A DNA stretch of 64,000 bases. It comes from Bugula neritina (Eukaryota > Animalia > Bryozoa). The notes beneath the pieces were generated by a model. That model saw only the letters and a program-made list of their open reading frames with translations, searched no databases and was not told the origin of the DNA. The DNA lies in NCBI GenBank assembly GCA_964035545.1, contig OZ037766.1:26626343-26690342 (forward strand), written 5' to 3'. Of this stretch, positions 12,801 through 25,400 are shown in pieces. The position numbers and the translations under genes are program-made. Every line of letters begins with the position of its first letter. Positions within the stretch are counted from its first letter, which is position 1.

Positions 12801-14406
12801 TCATATGATTGCTTAGGACAACAACGTGGTATGTGTATTAAACGCTGGTACATTATTGGGAGCTGTAAAGTTCAACAATGTCATACCTTGGGAGGCAATT
12901 GATGCGACATTTTCTTGCACCAAAATAACATCACAGCTTTTATACAGATGGGACATGCAATTACTGAAAGAGGTTATTCATTGGCAAGTAATAATTATAT
13001 TAGTAGTTTGTTCATATAATATTATATTGACACCGTGACATCAAAACAACCATATCGATATGTCTATGATAACCACACGCTGCATGTAATAAAAGTTCTG
13101 AAGCTAAGTTAATTAACTGTAGTTACTTTTTTTAACTTAATTGCCCCTGCAGTGGGAAAACTTTTACGGGTATTATGGAATCGGCACCAAAAATGGTTGG
13201 ACAGTTGAGATATACGCTGACAACTTTGAGATGCCCAAGTCAGCTGAAGTAACACCAACACTAGTCAAGTTTGATGGTCATTTCTCTGAGACTCCTTTAA
13301 ATCCCGGGCTCTTTGCTAGAAACTCGTAAGTTTGTCTAAATTGTAGCTGTCAAGCTGTATACCTACTTATCATTTTTTCTTTTTACAAACTCTTTTCTTT
13401 CAAAACTTATTTTGTATAGCCATACTGTTATATACTATTAAAATCAATTGGCTGTAAAAATATTACACTAATTCTAGTTTGTAATATTGCAGAACAGTAA
13501 TGTTCATGTCCAATTATGTTCATTTCTAATAATGTCCATGTCTAATAAAGATATTAATTTAGAGATAATTGTTTCAAAATTATATCTGTTAAGATGTTCT
13601 TACCTACATGTACAAACATTTCCTAAAAATATATCATAGTAATTACCACAATTACAACTTTAGATTTAATTTCTTAACCTTCAGTCTGTTTGAAGTCACA
13701 TTTATAAAAAAAATAGTTTAAATAAACAAGCCCTACTAGCTGTCATTTTTATTTATCAATTAATAGTTTTTCAATACATTATTTTTCATTAAAATAGAAA
13801 CTTATTCAAACTTGTAGGAATTATAAACCAATTAGACTGTATTATCATAAAAGGAAGCTTGTCCAGAAAAAGACAAATTCTGTATTGGCAAAGTATAGCA
13901 TTATAGGAGAAGTTGCTTTTCCTTGTAATGACATAGCTAATCTCAAGCAAGTTTATAGTCGCATGCCTATATAAAAACCCCTGATGGAAAGGTTTTTTTG
14001 AGGCCAGCTAAGGACTTATTCATCTATGTGCATGGCACAGGAGCAATTATGACTGGATGCTCTTCCTAACATCACCAGTGGCCTTTACTAGAATTTCAGC
14101 CCATGACTGCGTGTTTGCTAACTCCTAGACTCTAGAGCCTTAGACCATGTCTGCTCCCTTAATAAAACAGACGATAATAAATTTAAATTCTAGACCACTG
14201 TTTCTTGTAGGTATGGAAGTGAAATTTATCAGCACGCTCAACACTGGCGTCATATGACAGACAACTGGTCAGACTTATGGGAATATTTTAGCAAAGCTAA
14301 AAAGCAATTCAGTAAATGCCCGAGTCCAGGTCATCATGCATGTCTGGATGAATTCACTGCTGATGGAAATATTCAGTTTGAAGAAGGGCCAGCAAGTAAC
14401 AGTTAA
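3829..14406 (+). CDS. Fukutin-related protein (FKRP)-like / LicD-family phosphotransferase, type II membrane protein, with apparent frameshift at the catalytic motif
   Basis: Exons 3829-4127 (TM anchor), 8887-9043 (or 7732-7834), 9485-9650, 9986-10214, 10407-10587, 10700-10840, 11917-12090, 12456-12617, 12817-~12983, 13153-13325, 14211-14406; phases chain. Motifs: GT-A-like stem VKTKYV, Zn-finger-like FSC..KC..RCC, LicD GTLLGAVK...IPWE, C-terminal NPGLFARNSYG..HAQHW..CPSPGHHACLD. Confidence 0.8.
5938..6833 (+). repeat. Left arm of ~0.9-kb inverted repeat
   Basis: Reverse complement of ~7912-8809 with only scattered mismatches. The near-identical mirror ORFs 5891..6127(-) and 8620..8853(+) reflect it. 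Confidence 0.95.
7912..8809 (-). repeat. Right arm of ~0.9-kb inverted repeat
   Basis: Ends ...gaaacccctctatt, the reverse complement of aatagaggggtttc at 5938. Begins acaaaccagcttgcaag, approximately the reverse complement of cttgcaagctgtttgt ending at ~6833. Confidence 0.95.
9140..9320 (-). mobile_element. 3' end relic of an RTE-clade LINE
   Basis: Minus strand encodes QGKPRLRFKDTVKQNVKK...AKCRDGWRCLI (RTE C-terminal GRP..R.KD / A.DR..WR motif, broken) followed by a (TGA)n tail. Confidence 0.7.
13990..14157 (-). mobile_element. tRNA-derived SINE copy 1
   Basis: Shares gctaaggacttattcat, tggcacag and gctcttcctaacatcac with 43722-43870, and cttcctaacatcacca with 56925-57000. Decayed tRNA-like head on minus strand. 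Confidence 0.75.
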
Positions 14407-14904
14407 TTATTTAGTATATAGTAAATATTCTCTAAAGGCATGTTATTTATGTTCCCATTGCTGAATGTTATTCACTACAAGGAGTTAATAGACAGTCAAA
14501 ATATATACACATCATATACATTACATATACATTATAGTTTATAGATGTACATGTTTTTATCAATTCTTTATTAATTATAAAAATTAGATTAGCTGTGTTT
14601 ACAGTTTTTAGTCTACATTATTGATATATATTTCACTGACTGAAGGATTCAAAATATTTGAACTATTATATGACTAAATTTTACTGATGCTAAGATATCC
14701 ATGTATGTCAGTAAACTATCACAGCTTATGTGGTGGTAAAACTCTACCGAGGTATTCTTACAGACATTTCTTTCTGGATTGCATTCAGGACTGTTTTATT
14801 TAGAAATGTAATCATTAAACAAACTCAATACTCATAAATTATGAAACAAAATAATAAATATGGTAATAGTTAGTTGAAAATATATTTTTAGAAGTATGCA
14901 TATA

Positions 14905-15062
14905 ATATATATGTATATGTATATGCACACACACGCACACACACGCACACACACGCACACACACGCACACACACGCACATATACGCACACACACGCACAT
15001 ATACGCACATATATACACACCCATATATGCACCCATATACGCACCCATATATTTGCACATAC
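14905..15062. repeat. (CA)/(CACACACGCA)-type compound microsatellite
   Basis: Visible 10-bp period acacgcacac degenerating to atacgcacat. Confidence 0.95.
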
Positions 15063-16475
15063 ATTATATTATAAGATAAATAGATTTTTAGCTATTTTGT
15101 AAAATTGAAACCCATTATGTAATAATTAGGACATATTTTCATGATTTTAATTGAAAGTTATACTGCTATAGTTTATTCGGATTAGGAATTACATAAAGTA
15201 TGATAAACTCCAATTTCAATCTTATTTTAAAATCAATAAAAGTTGCTAAATTACAATATAGCAGCAGATAACTAATTTTTGATGTTTTAACTTATATAAT
15301 TTTACTATACACATAATTGCCATGCAAAGTAGTCATTTTATATTATGATAGAAGGTTTGGATTTCTCATAATAATTTGAGGCTATACTTTCTGTAACATG
15401 GTAGGTATTTATAAAACTGCATAATTTTAGTCAAATAAACTTTAATGATATGATTATTTTGAAAATACATGAAAGCTTTCTTTTGAATCATCAGTTTTAA
15501 AACCAGCAAAATTGTGTGACTATAATTAATAACTTTATCAAATATATATTCAGGAGTTGCGTTCCTGTAGTACATTGCCGCTACAATGTCATTGTTATCG
15601 CAAATGAATTTATTGAAAAGTCATTCAATCAAAGGCAAAGAGATCTTTGTTGTAGATTAGTTCCATTAACAATGAATTAGAGCGATGGTCAGTTATCATT
15701 ACTACCATGATTACGGGTCGCCTCGCAGAGATTCTAACTTATTTAAGTTCTAAAGGCTTTATTATTTTGAAAAGAGTTCCCTAGTTTTCAAACATAGTGA
15801 TTGTTACAATCACGGAGTCTTTCGCTTTTACTCTTCACCACTGTTAATATTAACATTGAATATGCTTTTAGCACCATAATTAAGAAAAATGGTAGCTAAA
15901 GGTTGATGGCTATTTTTTAAAATGGCAACGACAATTTAGATTTGATCATTTAACTTTGAATTGTAATACTAATAACTATTATTAAATGTATTATAATTAA
16001 TATTAATAATTTTTAATTATTATAACAAATTAACAATTAATATTATTTAATAACTAATTAAATTTAATAATAATGTAGTACAGATAGTGATACTCATTCT
16101 GATAGATGTAATTATAAATTAATTTCAAATTAAATAATATAAGTATATTTATAATAAATTCATATAGATATGAAATATAATTAAATAAAAAATTAATACT
16201 TATAATAAAGTTATAAGTATAACTGTTATAAGTTATAATTATGGTTCTGTTAGTCACAGTGAGTGTGACTATGATTATATATATTTTTATATATTTTAAT
16301 TTCGAGCATTTATTACTGTTTTTTATGCAACATAAACATATCATATGACTAAAATCTTCATTAACAATAATTTGGATTTTAAAAAGGTATTTCTAATTTT
16401 ACAGCATAAATCCTACACAATGAAAGTTACAAGTTTAATTTTGGTTCTTGATTGATTACTTCTCCATGCATCATT

Positions 16476-19400
16476 ATGTCTGAAGAGGATCAGCTATTAC
16501 GACATCTTACCCAGTCTTCCTTAGGAAAAGGCCATGGTAAGCGACATACTTGTATATTACAAAAATTTAGGTGATTATTGCTTATAATTTTATACCAATG
16601 TAAGTACGAAATAACCATATTGATGATGATAGTCACAATTTAAAGTTATGTACATATTGCTCTCTAATAGTTGCTTCAATCGTGATGGAATATATGTGGA
16701 CAAGAATTTTATTTAAGAAGAATCTTTTTATATAACTTTCATCAGGCATGCAATATCGGACTACTAGTACTTTGGCTGCAGAGTTGTTTGTAAAGCGGTT
16801 TTCTCTTCGCTCTAAGTAAGCTGATTTTTCTAAATTTAGACATTAACAACAAAGGGAAGGTCTGCTTTCAGACTTGTTTCGAGTAGCTCTGTTGAGTAGC
16901 TCTGTGGGGGTTATAGCACATGAAAAGGTTTGTTACTTGCAAAATGTTTTATTATTTATAAAAGAGTTTAAATACTAATGTCACTGAACTTAAAAAATGT
17001 TCAGATTTAATAATACATGATTAGTATTGTGCATCAGGAATGGTAATAGTGACTGCCTAATGAAATTTTACTTCAAGTTACATTCGTAAGAGTGGCTTAT
17101 AATGACTAATTATAAGAAGGACTTGCTTTACAAATACTAAGTATTTCCTAAATAAAGACTTTCTTGCAAGGCTATGGCACTTAGGTCAAAGTAAAGTGAT
17201 CATTGATAAGATATAATGAATATTTCAATAACTTTGCTAATACAACTTTAATTAGCTTACTGTGGCAGTGAATCATACTTTATAAGCAAATCTTTTTCCT
17301 TCTAAAGTTCTGCTTCTAAGCAAATATGGGCAAAGTTGATTTATTGCACTTGAAATTTTTCAATAAAGTTTTGATTGAAATCTAATACAAATGCATTTTA
17401 ACTGTAACTGTATGTTCTACAGGCACTAGTTGTCTTACTGCACTCTTACTAACTCTGTTATTATTCTGTAGACAACAAGCAAGTAAATGATCTTCAAAGA
17501 TTGTATAGAAAAATTCTACATGCGTAAGTGTTTCTCTTCAATATTTCCCGACCCACTTTATTTATGGAGTTTTCAAATTTGCTATCATCTTCATACTGTT
17601 TTAAGGTTGTATGTTCAGAGCCTCAGACAATTTTTTCTAATAATATTTTGTTTTAAACTTTAAAATTTTGAGCAGCTATGAAAGTTGGCAATAATTAGTA
17701 TTAGTTTTATAATACTATAGAGCCGAACTTAATCATCATCAGCATGAGCACAACATTTATTATAAAACAAAATTGTTTGAGAATACAGCCCTCACACAGT
17801 ATGTGCTATGATAGCTGAGATATGTATGAGTATTTTATTACCGTATAAATGAATTGTGTTATGGGTTTTTAAGTAGGAATCTAATTTCAGTAGAATATTT
17901 ATTCAACTTGACACTTACAGGATAAACGATTAAGTTATTTATAATATTGGGCACTTTGCAAGAACACAACTCGATCTTGTTCTTTGTGTGATAACTTTTC
18001 TAATCTCTGATTATCTTTTTCAGGAGTCATTTCTCATCTGATTTTAATGTGAACAAAGTTGTTAAACACTGTGAGTATACATTTCTTGTTGTTCAAAGCT
18101 TCTTGTGAATTTGTGAGAGTTTGATACTGCAATGAGATGCTTTTGCCCGGACATCAGATTTTATATTTATGTATGTTTTGTAGAACTGTAGCTTAGGGAG
18201 GGTAGAAAGTCATTCTTTGCTATTTTACACTATTTTCAAACACCATATTTTCGATATTATTAATCAACTTTTATAAATATCATACCCATTTGATAGCAAG
18301 ATTTTTAGGGAAAAATGTGAAAATTTGCTTTTACTAGAATTGATTAATCAGTATTAGGAGTTTTCCTCTCTCTATTATGATATGAATCTATTGCAGTGGC
18401 AGTAAACAAAGATGTGAAAGTCGCTGCAGAGTTCCAGACACTCTATGAGAAGTTGGCAAAACTGGTAAGTTTAGTCTATGAACTAATCGCTAAATAAGGT
18501 ACATAGAGACTAAGAGTAGTTCGCAAGTCATATATCAGTATTCATGAAAAGTGCTTGGAGTTTTATGATCAAAGATGTTGATTAGTGTAAATGTAAAATG
18601 GGTAATTGTCTGTTTTATATATTTGGTTTGTAAGGACAGTCTTTCTCACAAATAAAGATCAATTTTATTTTGAAACCTTGATCACTCATTGTAAATTGAC
18701 AAAAAACATGATTTCAAAAGCAAAACCTACTTGTGTTGTATCACAGGGCACAATCACTCACTTGGACAATGTTGTCGAGTTTCTACATAAAGTTGGCGTT
18801 GATAATGAACGCACGCAGACCTTCAACTCTGGTGTCAGGGTGTCCTCAACTCCTCTGCAGTCAGAACTGAGAAGCCTGCAGACACCTGCTGCACTCAGTC
18901 ACTTCAGTGTCACTCCATATGGACAGACACCTGCCAACAGTGTCACTAGACTGTCTGCTGGTGAGAGGCAGCGGCTAACTATGTCTAGCAGTGGATTAGG
19001 TACCAGCAGGTAAAATTTTGTTTTGATTTGTAATATAACTTAATAGTTCTGTGTTAGAACATTGCTGGGTATGTGTAGGATTTAGTTATATTTTTCATTA
19101 ATGTTTAACTTATTAAATGTTCAGTAACTGCTATAACTATTTCAAGTATCGATTACTTTGTGCAGGTAGCTGACTCATTCGTCATCTCTCAAAGTTATTT
19201 AATATATTGTATAAAATAGTGTGTAACTCAAACACACAACATAAAGTTTTGGTTATATACATGCACACGCTTGTACAAAATTGAAATATGGATAACCAGA
19301 TTGTAAATACTCAACTTTGGGTTGCTGTCACAGTGTTTACATATTGTCTAAAGTTTACATATTGTTTACATGTTGTCTCCCAGGGCTAGCAGCAATGTAC

Positions 19401-22400
19401 CTCCTCTCACTAGCCAATCTCAACCTCCGTCTCATAGCACCCCTTATCTGAATTCTAGTGAATCGTTCAACAACTACAAGGCCTACCTGAAAGGTATGTT
19501 CTCAGCACAACTATTTGTATTCTTTTCGTTCTTCCTGTTTGTGTCAACTTATGTTGCCTTTTTTATTTCTCTACTCATTTATTTTTCCATTCATTTATTT
19601 GCTTGTTTACCTATTTATTTCTCTATTTACTTGTTGGAAAATACTCTTACGCCTGTAATGCATGTAAATCATGTTTTCCAATGTGTATCGAAGATGGCTA
19701 AAGTAGCTGTACCCGGTGTTATGCACCACATGCTACCTCATGACATGTGCTATCCATCTACTAGATTCTCCAACTTAACAGTCACCTTGCTCGACTAGTC
19801 TGTACTCTACGTAGGCAGGTTCTTGAATGAAGAAGCCAGAAAATGTCAATTAATATATTATCCTCCAAGTATAACTTGGTACAGTTCTCCAAGTATGACT
19901 TGGTACAGTCCTCCAAGTATGACTTGGTACAGTATCGGGATTTTAGCTTAGAGTGACGAACATACGTAATAATATTGTAGATGATATACAGGAAATAGAG
20001 TTGATACGAGATGTGATTCTCGTAGCTCAAGGTATTGAGAGCAAGTTGATGCGATTTGATCCCAAGACTGAGTCGTACAGGATACCAGACAATGTAGGTG
20101 TATGCTTTGCTCTCTGTGTATATGTACTTAGCTGTGATATCCTGTGGTATTCATATATGCCATCAGGTCAAGTTGAATATATATATTATATTATATTGCT
20201 ATATAACAATACGAACCATGCAATATAGTTTGCTATTGCATGGTTATATAACACAATTATATAGTGTATGATATATGTGAAACATAATACAAATAAATGA
20301 TATATAATATACTATAATTATAATATATTATATTATTATAAATTACATTATTAAATTATATAATTAATGATATAGTTATTTAATTTTAATAATAATTATG
20401 GCTAGTTTCCTGATTATAAGACGGCATCAATTATTTTACTTGTTCTGACATTCGGCCCCATAATTAACATGTAAGATTACTTGCTGTGTATAGTATATAC
20501 ATATGTAGCTTAAGTACCTATTCTTATACACAAGATTTAATGTGGCAGGTGAGAGTCCCCCCTCACAAGAAGAAGATCTGCTGCTCACTCTCTGAGTCTG
20601 GCTGGCTGTACAATAAAATCAAACAGTATGTTGACCAGAAGAAACTGGATAATACTTTCGGGCCAATAGGATTGAGTTTCTGTGTGGCGCTACAAAGCGA
20701 GCTTCGATCATATCTTCGACTAATTGCAGTTCTTGACACACAGGTTTGTTATTTCAGGGTTACATAGGGTGACCAGTTTGATGGCGCAAGTTTTAATGCA
20801 TAGATTGTTGTTGTACTTTAGATATATGCGTATATGTAACAGTGGTACATAAGATAAGCGTTCTAGCTGTACATAACATTAGCACTGTAGCGGTACATAA
20901 GATAAGCACTCAAGTTATACATAACATGAGCACTGTAGCGGTACATAAGATAAGCAAAGAAATGGTACATAAGATAAGCACTGTAGCGGTACACATTGTC
21001 TTCTTGCTCGTTACAGTTGACTGAACGTGGCTCTGACATCACAGGGGGTCTCACCTTGACCCGGCTCGCACTGTGGTTCAAGGAACCAATTAGAAATCTC
21101 AAACTAGTAGCCTCATTGGTCGACATTGCCAAAGGTATTGCTGATCATATTGTATGGTAATAAATATTTTTGTAGCGGTTCGTATTATACATAACCAGAT
21201 GCATATAAAACACCGTGATAGCTTTGTATATCAATAAAATAGTGTGCATGTGTGTGGATACAATAATATGTATAGCATACCTGTATGCTATATAAAAGGT
21301 AATGCAGTGTTCTTCTATGTTGAAGGCAAGAAAGGTGGTGCTCTACTCTCTATAATACACTCATACTCATGGCACGGGGCCATAGCCCACACTTCTCTCG
21401 TCTCCAACATGCTGTCGCTGACAGTAAAGCCTCTGTTTGGTATAATATCTCGGTGGATATACACGGGCACTCTGGAGGACCCATACAACGAGGTACCTTC
21501 TAATATACGGCGCAGTGCTTATACTAATTATGTAATACATTGCAGTGAGTACTGTTGAATGTGTGGCCATTGTGTATAGTATTTATTATGAAATACGTTA
21601 TTGATTGCTGATTTAAATTATCGAGCAAACTGACTGACTGATTTAATTATTTGATAATAAAATATTTATTAGAATGAAAAACAGCGTGGTGGTTTTGTAT
21701 AATATAAAACGGAAGAGAAGGGGGAAACAAGTATACAGCGATTCTAGTAAAGCAATTAGTTAGCATATTGTCACGTGATTGTCATGAATGTGATTAGCGA
21801 TAGGATTGCATGATTGTTTCTCAACACGCCCCCTCAAGCATGTGATTCGATAGCTAGTAGCTTCAGGGCAATTCTGTGATTGGTTTTAGGCAAGCTTTTA
21901 GTCATGACATCGGCAGGGTTCTCTGCTCCTCTGATGTGTTGGTACGCTATGGTGGTTTGCTCTCTGACAAAGTGGAATCTAATGTCAATGTGTTTGCTCC
22001 TCTGATGTGAGTATGGTTGTCCCTTGGTGAGGGCAATGGCTCCAAGGTTGTCAGTGAAAAGTGTGTTAGGGTTAGGCTGTTTCATCTTGAATGTTTTGCA
22101 CAAAGTCTGTAGGAATAGCATCTCCTTTGTGGCTTCGGCTAATGCCATGTATTCGGCCTCGCATGATGATAAGGCCACTGTGGGTTGTCGTCGGCTGTTC
22201 CAACTTATAGGGGCTCCACCCAGGGTAAATACATATCCTGTTGTTGATCTTCGTGTGGAGGTTTCTCCACCCCAATCTGCATCCACATAGCCCACTAGTT
22301 CTTGTTGATTGGGAGTGAATCTCAGATTAAATCCTTTTGTACCTTTAAGGTATCGTAGCAGCCGTTTCAAGGCAGCAATATGTGCAGGTCCAGGTCTTTC

Positions 22401-25400
22401 TAGGTGTTGGGAGAGCTTCCCAATGATCCATGCTAGGTCTGGACGTGTGGCGGTCATCAGGTATATGAGAGAACCTATAACTTGTCTGTAGGGGTAGTCC
22501 TTTGAACGCTCATATTTGTCGTCTGTTGCTTTTTCTAGTTGTAAGTCCTTTTCAGCAGGAGAATATACAGGGTTGCAATCTGCCATATTGTAGGTGTTCA
22601 GCAGTGTGTCTATGTAGCGCTCCTGTGACATAGTGTACTGGTCCTCATGTCTCCTGAAGTCTATCCCCAGGAACCAGCTTAATTCTCCTCTATCATCCAT
22701 GTTGAATTTTTGTTGCATCATAGATTTGGTTTGTGTGATTCTGTTGTTGTCTCGGCAGCAGAGAAGGATGTCATCAACCCAGAAAAGAATGATGATGTTG
22801 GCTGATTTATCTGAAGGGTCCTCTTTTGAGTATAGACAAGGGTCTCCAGCACCAGGTGTGAAGCCTTGCTCCTTGAGGAAAGTGGTCAGTGTTTGGTGCC
22901 AATTGCGTCCGCTTTGCTTGAGGCCATAAATGGATTTGTTGAGACGACAAGAAAGCTTTCCTTGTTTGTTGGTTTCTTCGTACCCTTCAGGCTGTTGTAG
23001 ATAAATTTCCTTATCGATTGGTGCGTTTAGGTACGCTCCTTTAACATCTAGTTGATGTATTTTCATGTTTTCATTTGCTGCTTTCTGTAACAGCAATCTG
23101 ATGGATGTGAATCTGGTGGTTGGACTGTAAGTTTCTTCATAGTCAACTCCTTGTATTTGTGAAAATCCTTTTGCTACATATCTAGCTTTATGTTGAGTTT
23201 CACCTGGCGTTTTTCCCTGTTTGAGGGTATAAACCCATCTGCCCTTGGTCTCTGTCCTGTCTTCAGGTAGCGGCTGGATAGACCAGGTGTTTGAATCACG
23301 TAGGGTGTTTATTTCCTTGTCCATGGCTTTCTTCCAGGCTTCTTTATCTTTTGAATTTACAGCTTCTTGGTAGGACTGTGGTATGTTTGCCATCAGTGAG
23401 CAAGCATAGTCAGTGTCTTCTATGTCATAGTCCTGTAGGTATGTAGGAGGCTTTCGTTTCCGTTCCGATTTACGTGGTCCAGGTTGGTTGGTGGCCTTTG
23501 CCGGATCTGGTGCAGGTTCTTGTGGCATGGTATTCTGAGTACCATTTCTGCTGTTTAGTGCGGGTCCTTGTGGCATGACGTTCATTGCGTCATTTCCGCA
23601 TATTTGTGCAGGTTCTTGTGGCATGGTATTCTGAGTACCATTTCTGCTGTTTTGTGCAGGTCCTTGTGGTATGACGTTCATTGCGTCATTTCCGCATATT
23701 TGTGCAGGTTCTTGTGACATGGTATTATGAGTACCATTTCTGCTGTTTTGTGCGGGTCCTTGTGGTATGACGTTCATTGCGTCATTCCCGCATATTTGTG
23801 GTATGACATTTCTGGATGTAACAATTTTCTGATTAGGGGTAAGTATAAGGTAGCCTTGGGCCTTTGTGTTGACACCAAGATATATGCCGCTTTGTCCGCG
23901 GTCACTGAGTTTTAACTTATTTCCCTCTGAGTAGAATGTGCATTGGGATCCAAAATTGTGGATTTTCCTCATGTCGGGTAGCGTGCCTGTGAATAATTCA
24001 TAGGCTGTCTTTCTCGTCCGTCTCTGGTAGCTTCGGTTTCTTAGGTACTTGGCATGGTCAGCGGCAAAACTCCAGAAAGTCTTGGGGAGATTTGAATCTT
24101 TGAGTAGGCATCGTGCTGTGTCCATTATGGTGCGCCAAGTCCTCTCTGATTTACCATTCTGGTAGGATGAGTAGGGTGCTGTAGTGGTGTGTTTGATTCC
24201 CCTCTCGCGTAGCACGGCTTCAAATGGCTGTCCAAGGTACTCCATGCCGTTGTCAGTATGGATCTCCTTCACATCTCCTATAGGTGCCACATCTGCAATG
24301 AATTGCTTAAGTGCAGTGGTGGCATCACTTTTGTGGCGTATATTGTAGGTGAACAACATACTGGAAAATTCATCTATGAAGTTTATTATGTAGTTTTGTC
24401 CTCCTCTAGCAGTTGGTGTGATGGGTCCGCATAAGTCAGAGTGTACACGTTGTAGAGGCTGTGTAGCTAGTTCAGGTTTATCGTCTTGTTTGTGAGGTTG
24501 TTTGGTGATTTTACTTTCGTCACATGTCTTGCATGCAATTTTTAATTTTGCTCCAGTTATGGTCATACCTGTTGTCACTTTCTCCAGCTCAATTATGTCA
24601 TTGGTGTTCATATGACCCAGTGCCCTGTGCCAATCGGGCAGCGATTTTGCGGTGTTCATTGAGTCACCTGTATGGGTTGTCTTGAGGAAGTACAATCTGT
24701 CTTTGGGCATAATTGGAAAAGTTGTCCTGTCGACTGTCAGTATATTTTTCTCTCTAGAGAAATGTACTTTTGCCCCTTTTTGTGTGGCGGCGTGGACTGA
24801 AAATAGGCTTGTTGGTATTGTTGGTGCTAGCAAAGCGTCTTTTAGATGAATCTGCTGCTCCATATTGTTATCATCAGTAATAGTAAACTGTGCTGTGCCT
24901 TTGGCTACAGCCAGCTTGTTTGTTTTGCGACCATCTGCCATCTCTATGTAGTGGTTCTCAGGCGTGAAGCTCTTATCAAAACTAATGAAGTTGTTCTCAT
25001 TGTTCACCAGGTGACTTGTCGCTCCGCAGTCCACCATAAGCAACTGTCCTCTTTGAGATTTATTTTGTGTGGCTATGTTGCATTGGTTTGATGTATTCAC
25101 AGTGAAGGCATATGTGGCATTTGCTGATGAAATTTCAGTTTTACTTGTCTTCTTCTTTGTCCTGCAAACTGATTCGATATGTCCAGCTTTCTTGCAGTAG
25201 TTACAAAATAGTTTGTGCTTTGAGTAACAATCTGTTGTAGAATGATTGCTTTTACCACAAGCAGTGCACTGTCTATCACGTTTGCTAGTGGGTTTGAAAT
25301 TGTCTCTTCCTTTAAATACCATGGCTGTAGATTGAGAGCACCTTGCTGACTCAGTAAGGTCAAAATTGGTTAGAGCTGCTTTGAACTCTGATAGGGTTTG

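Noticed and set aside
14832-15102. Cys/Val- and His/Thr-rich ORFs
   Set aside because: Translations of a CA-type microsatellite.
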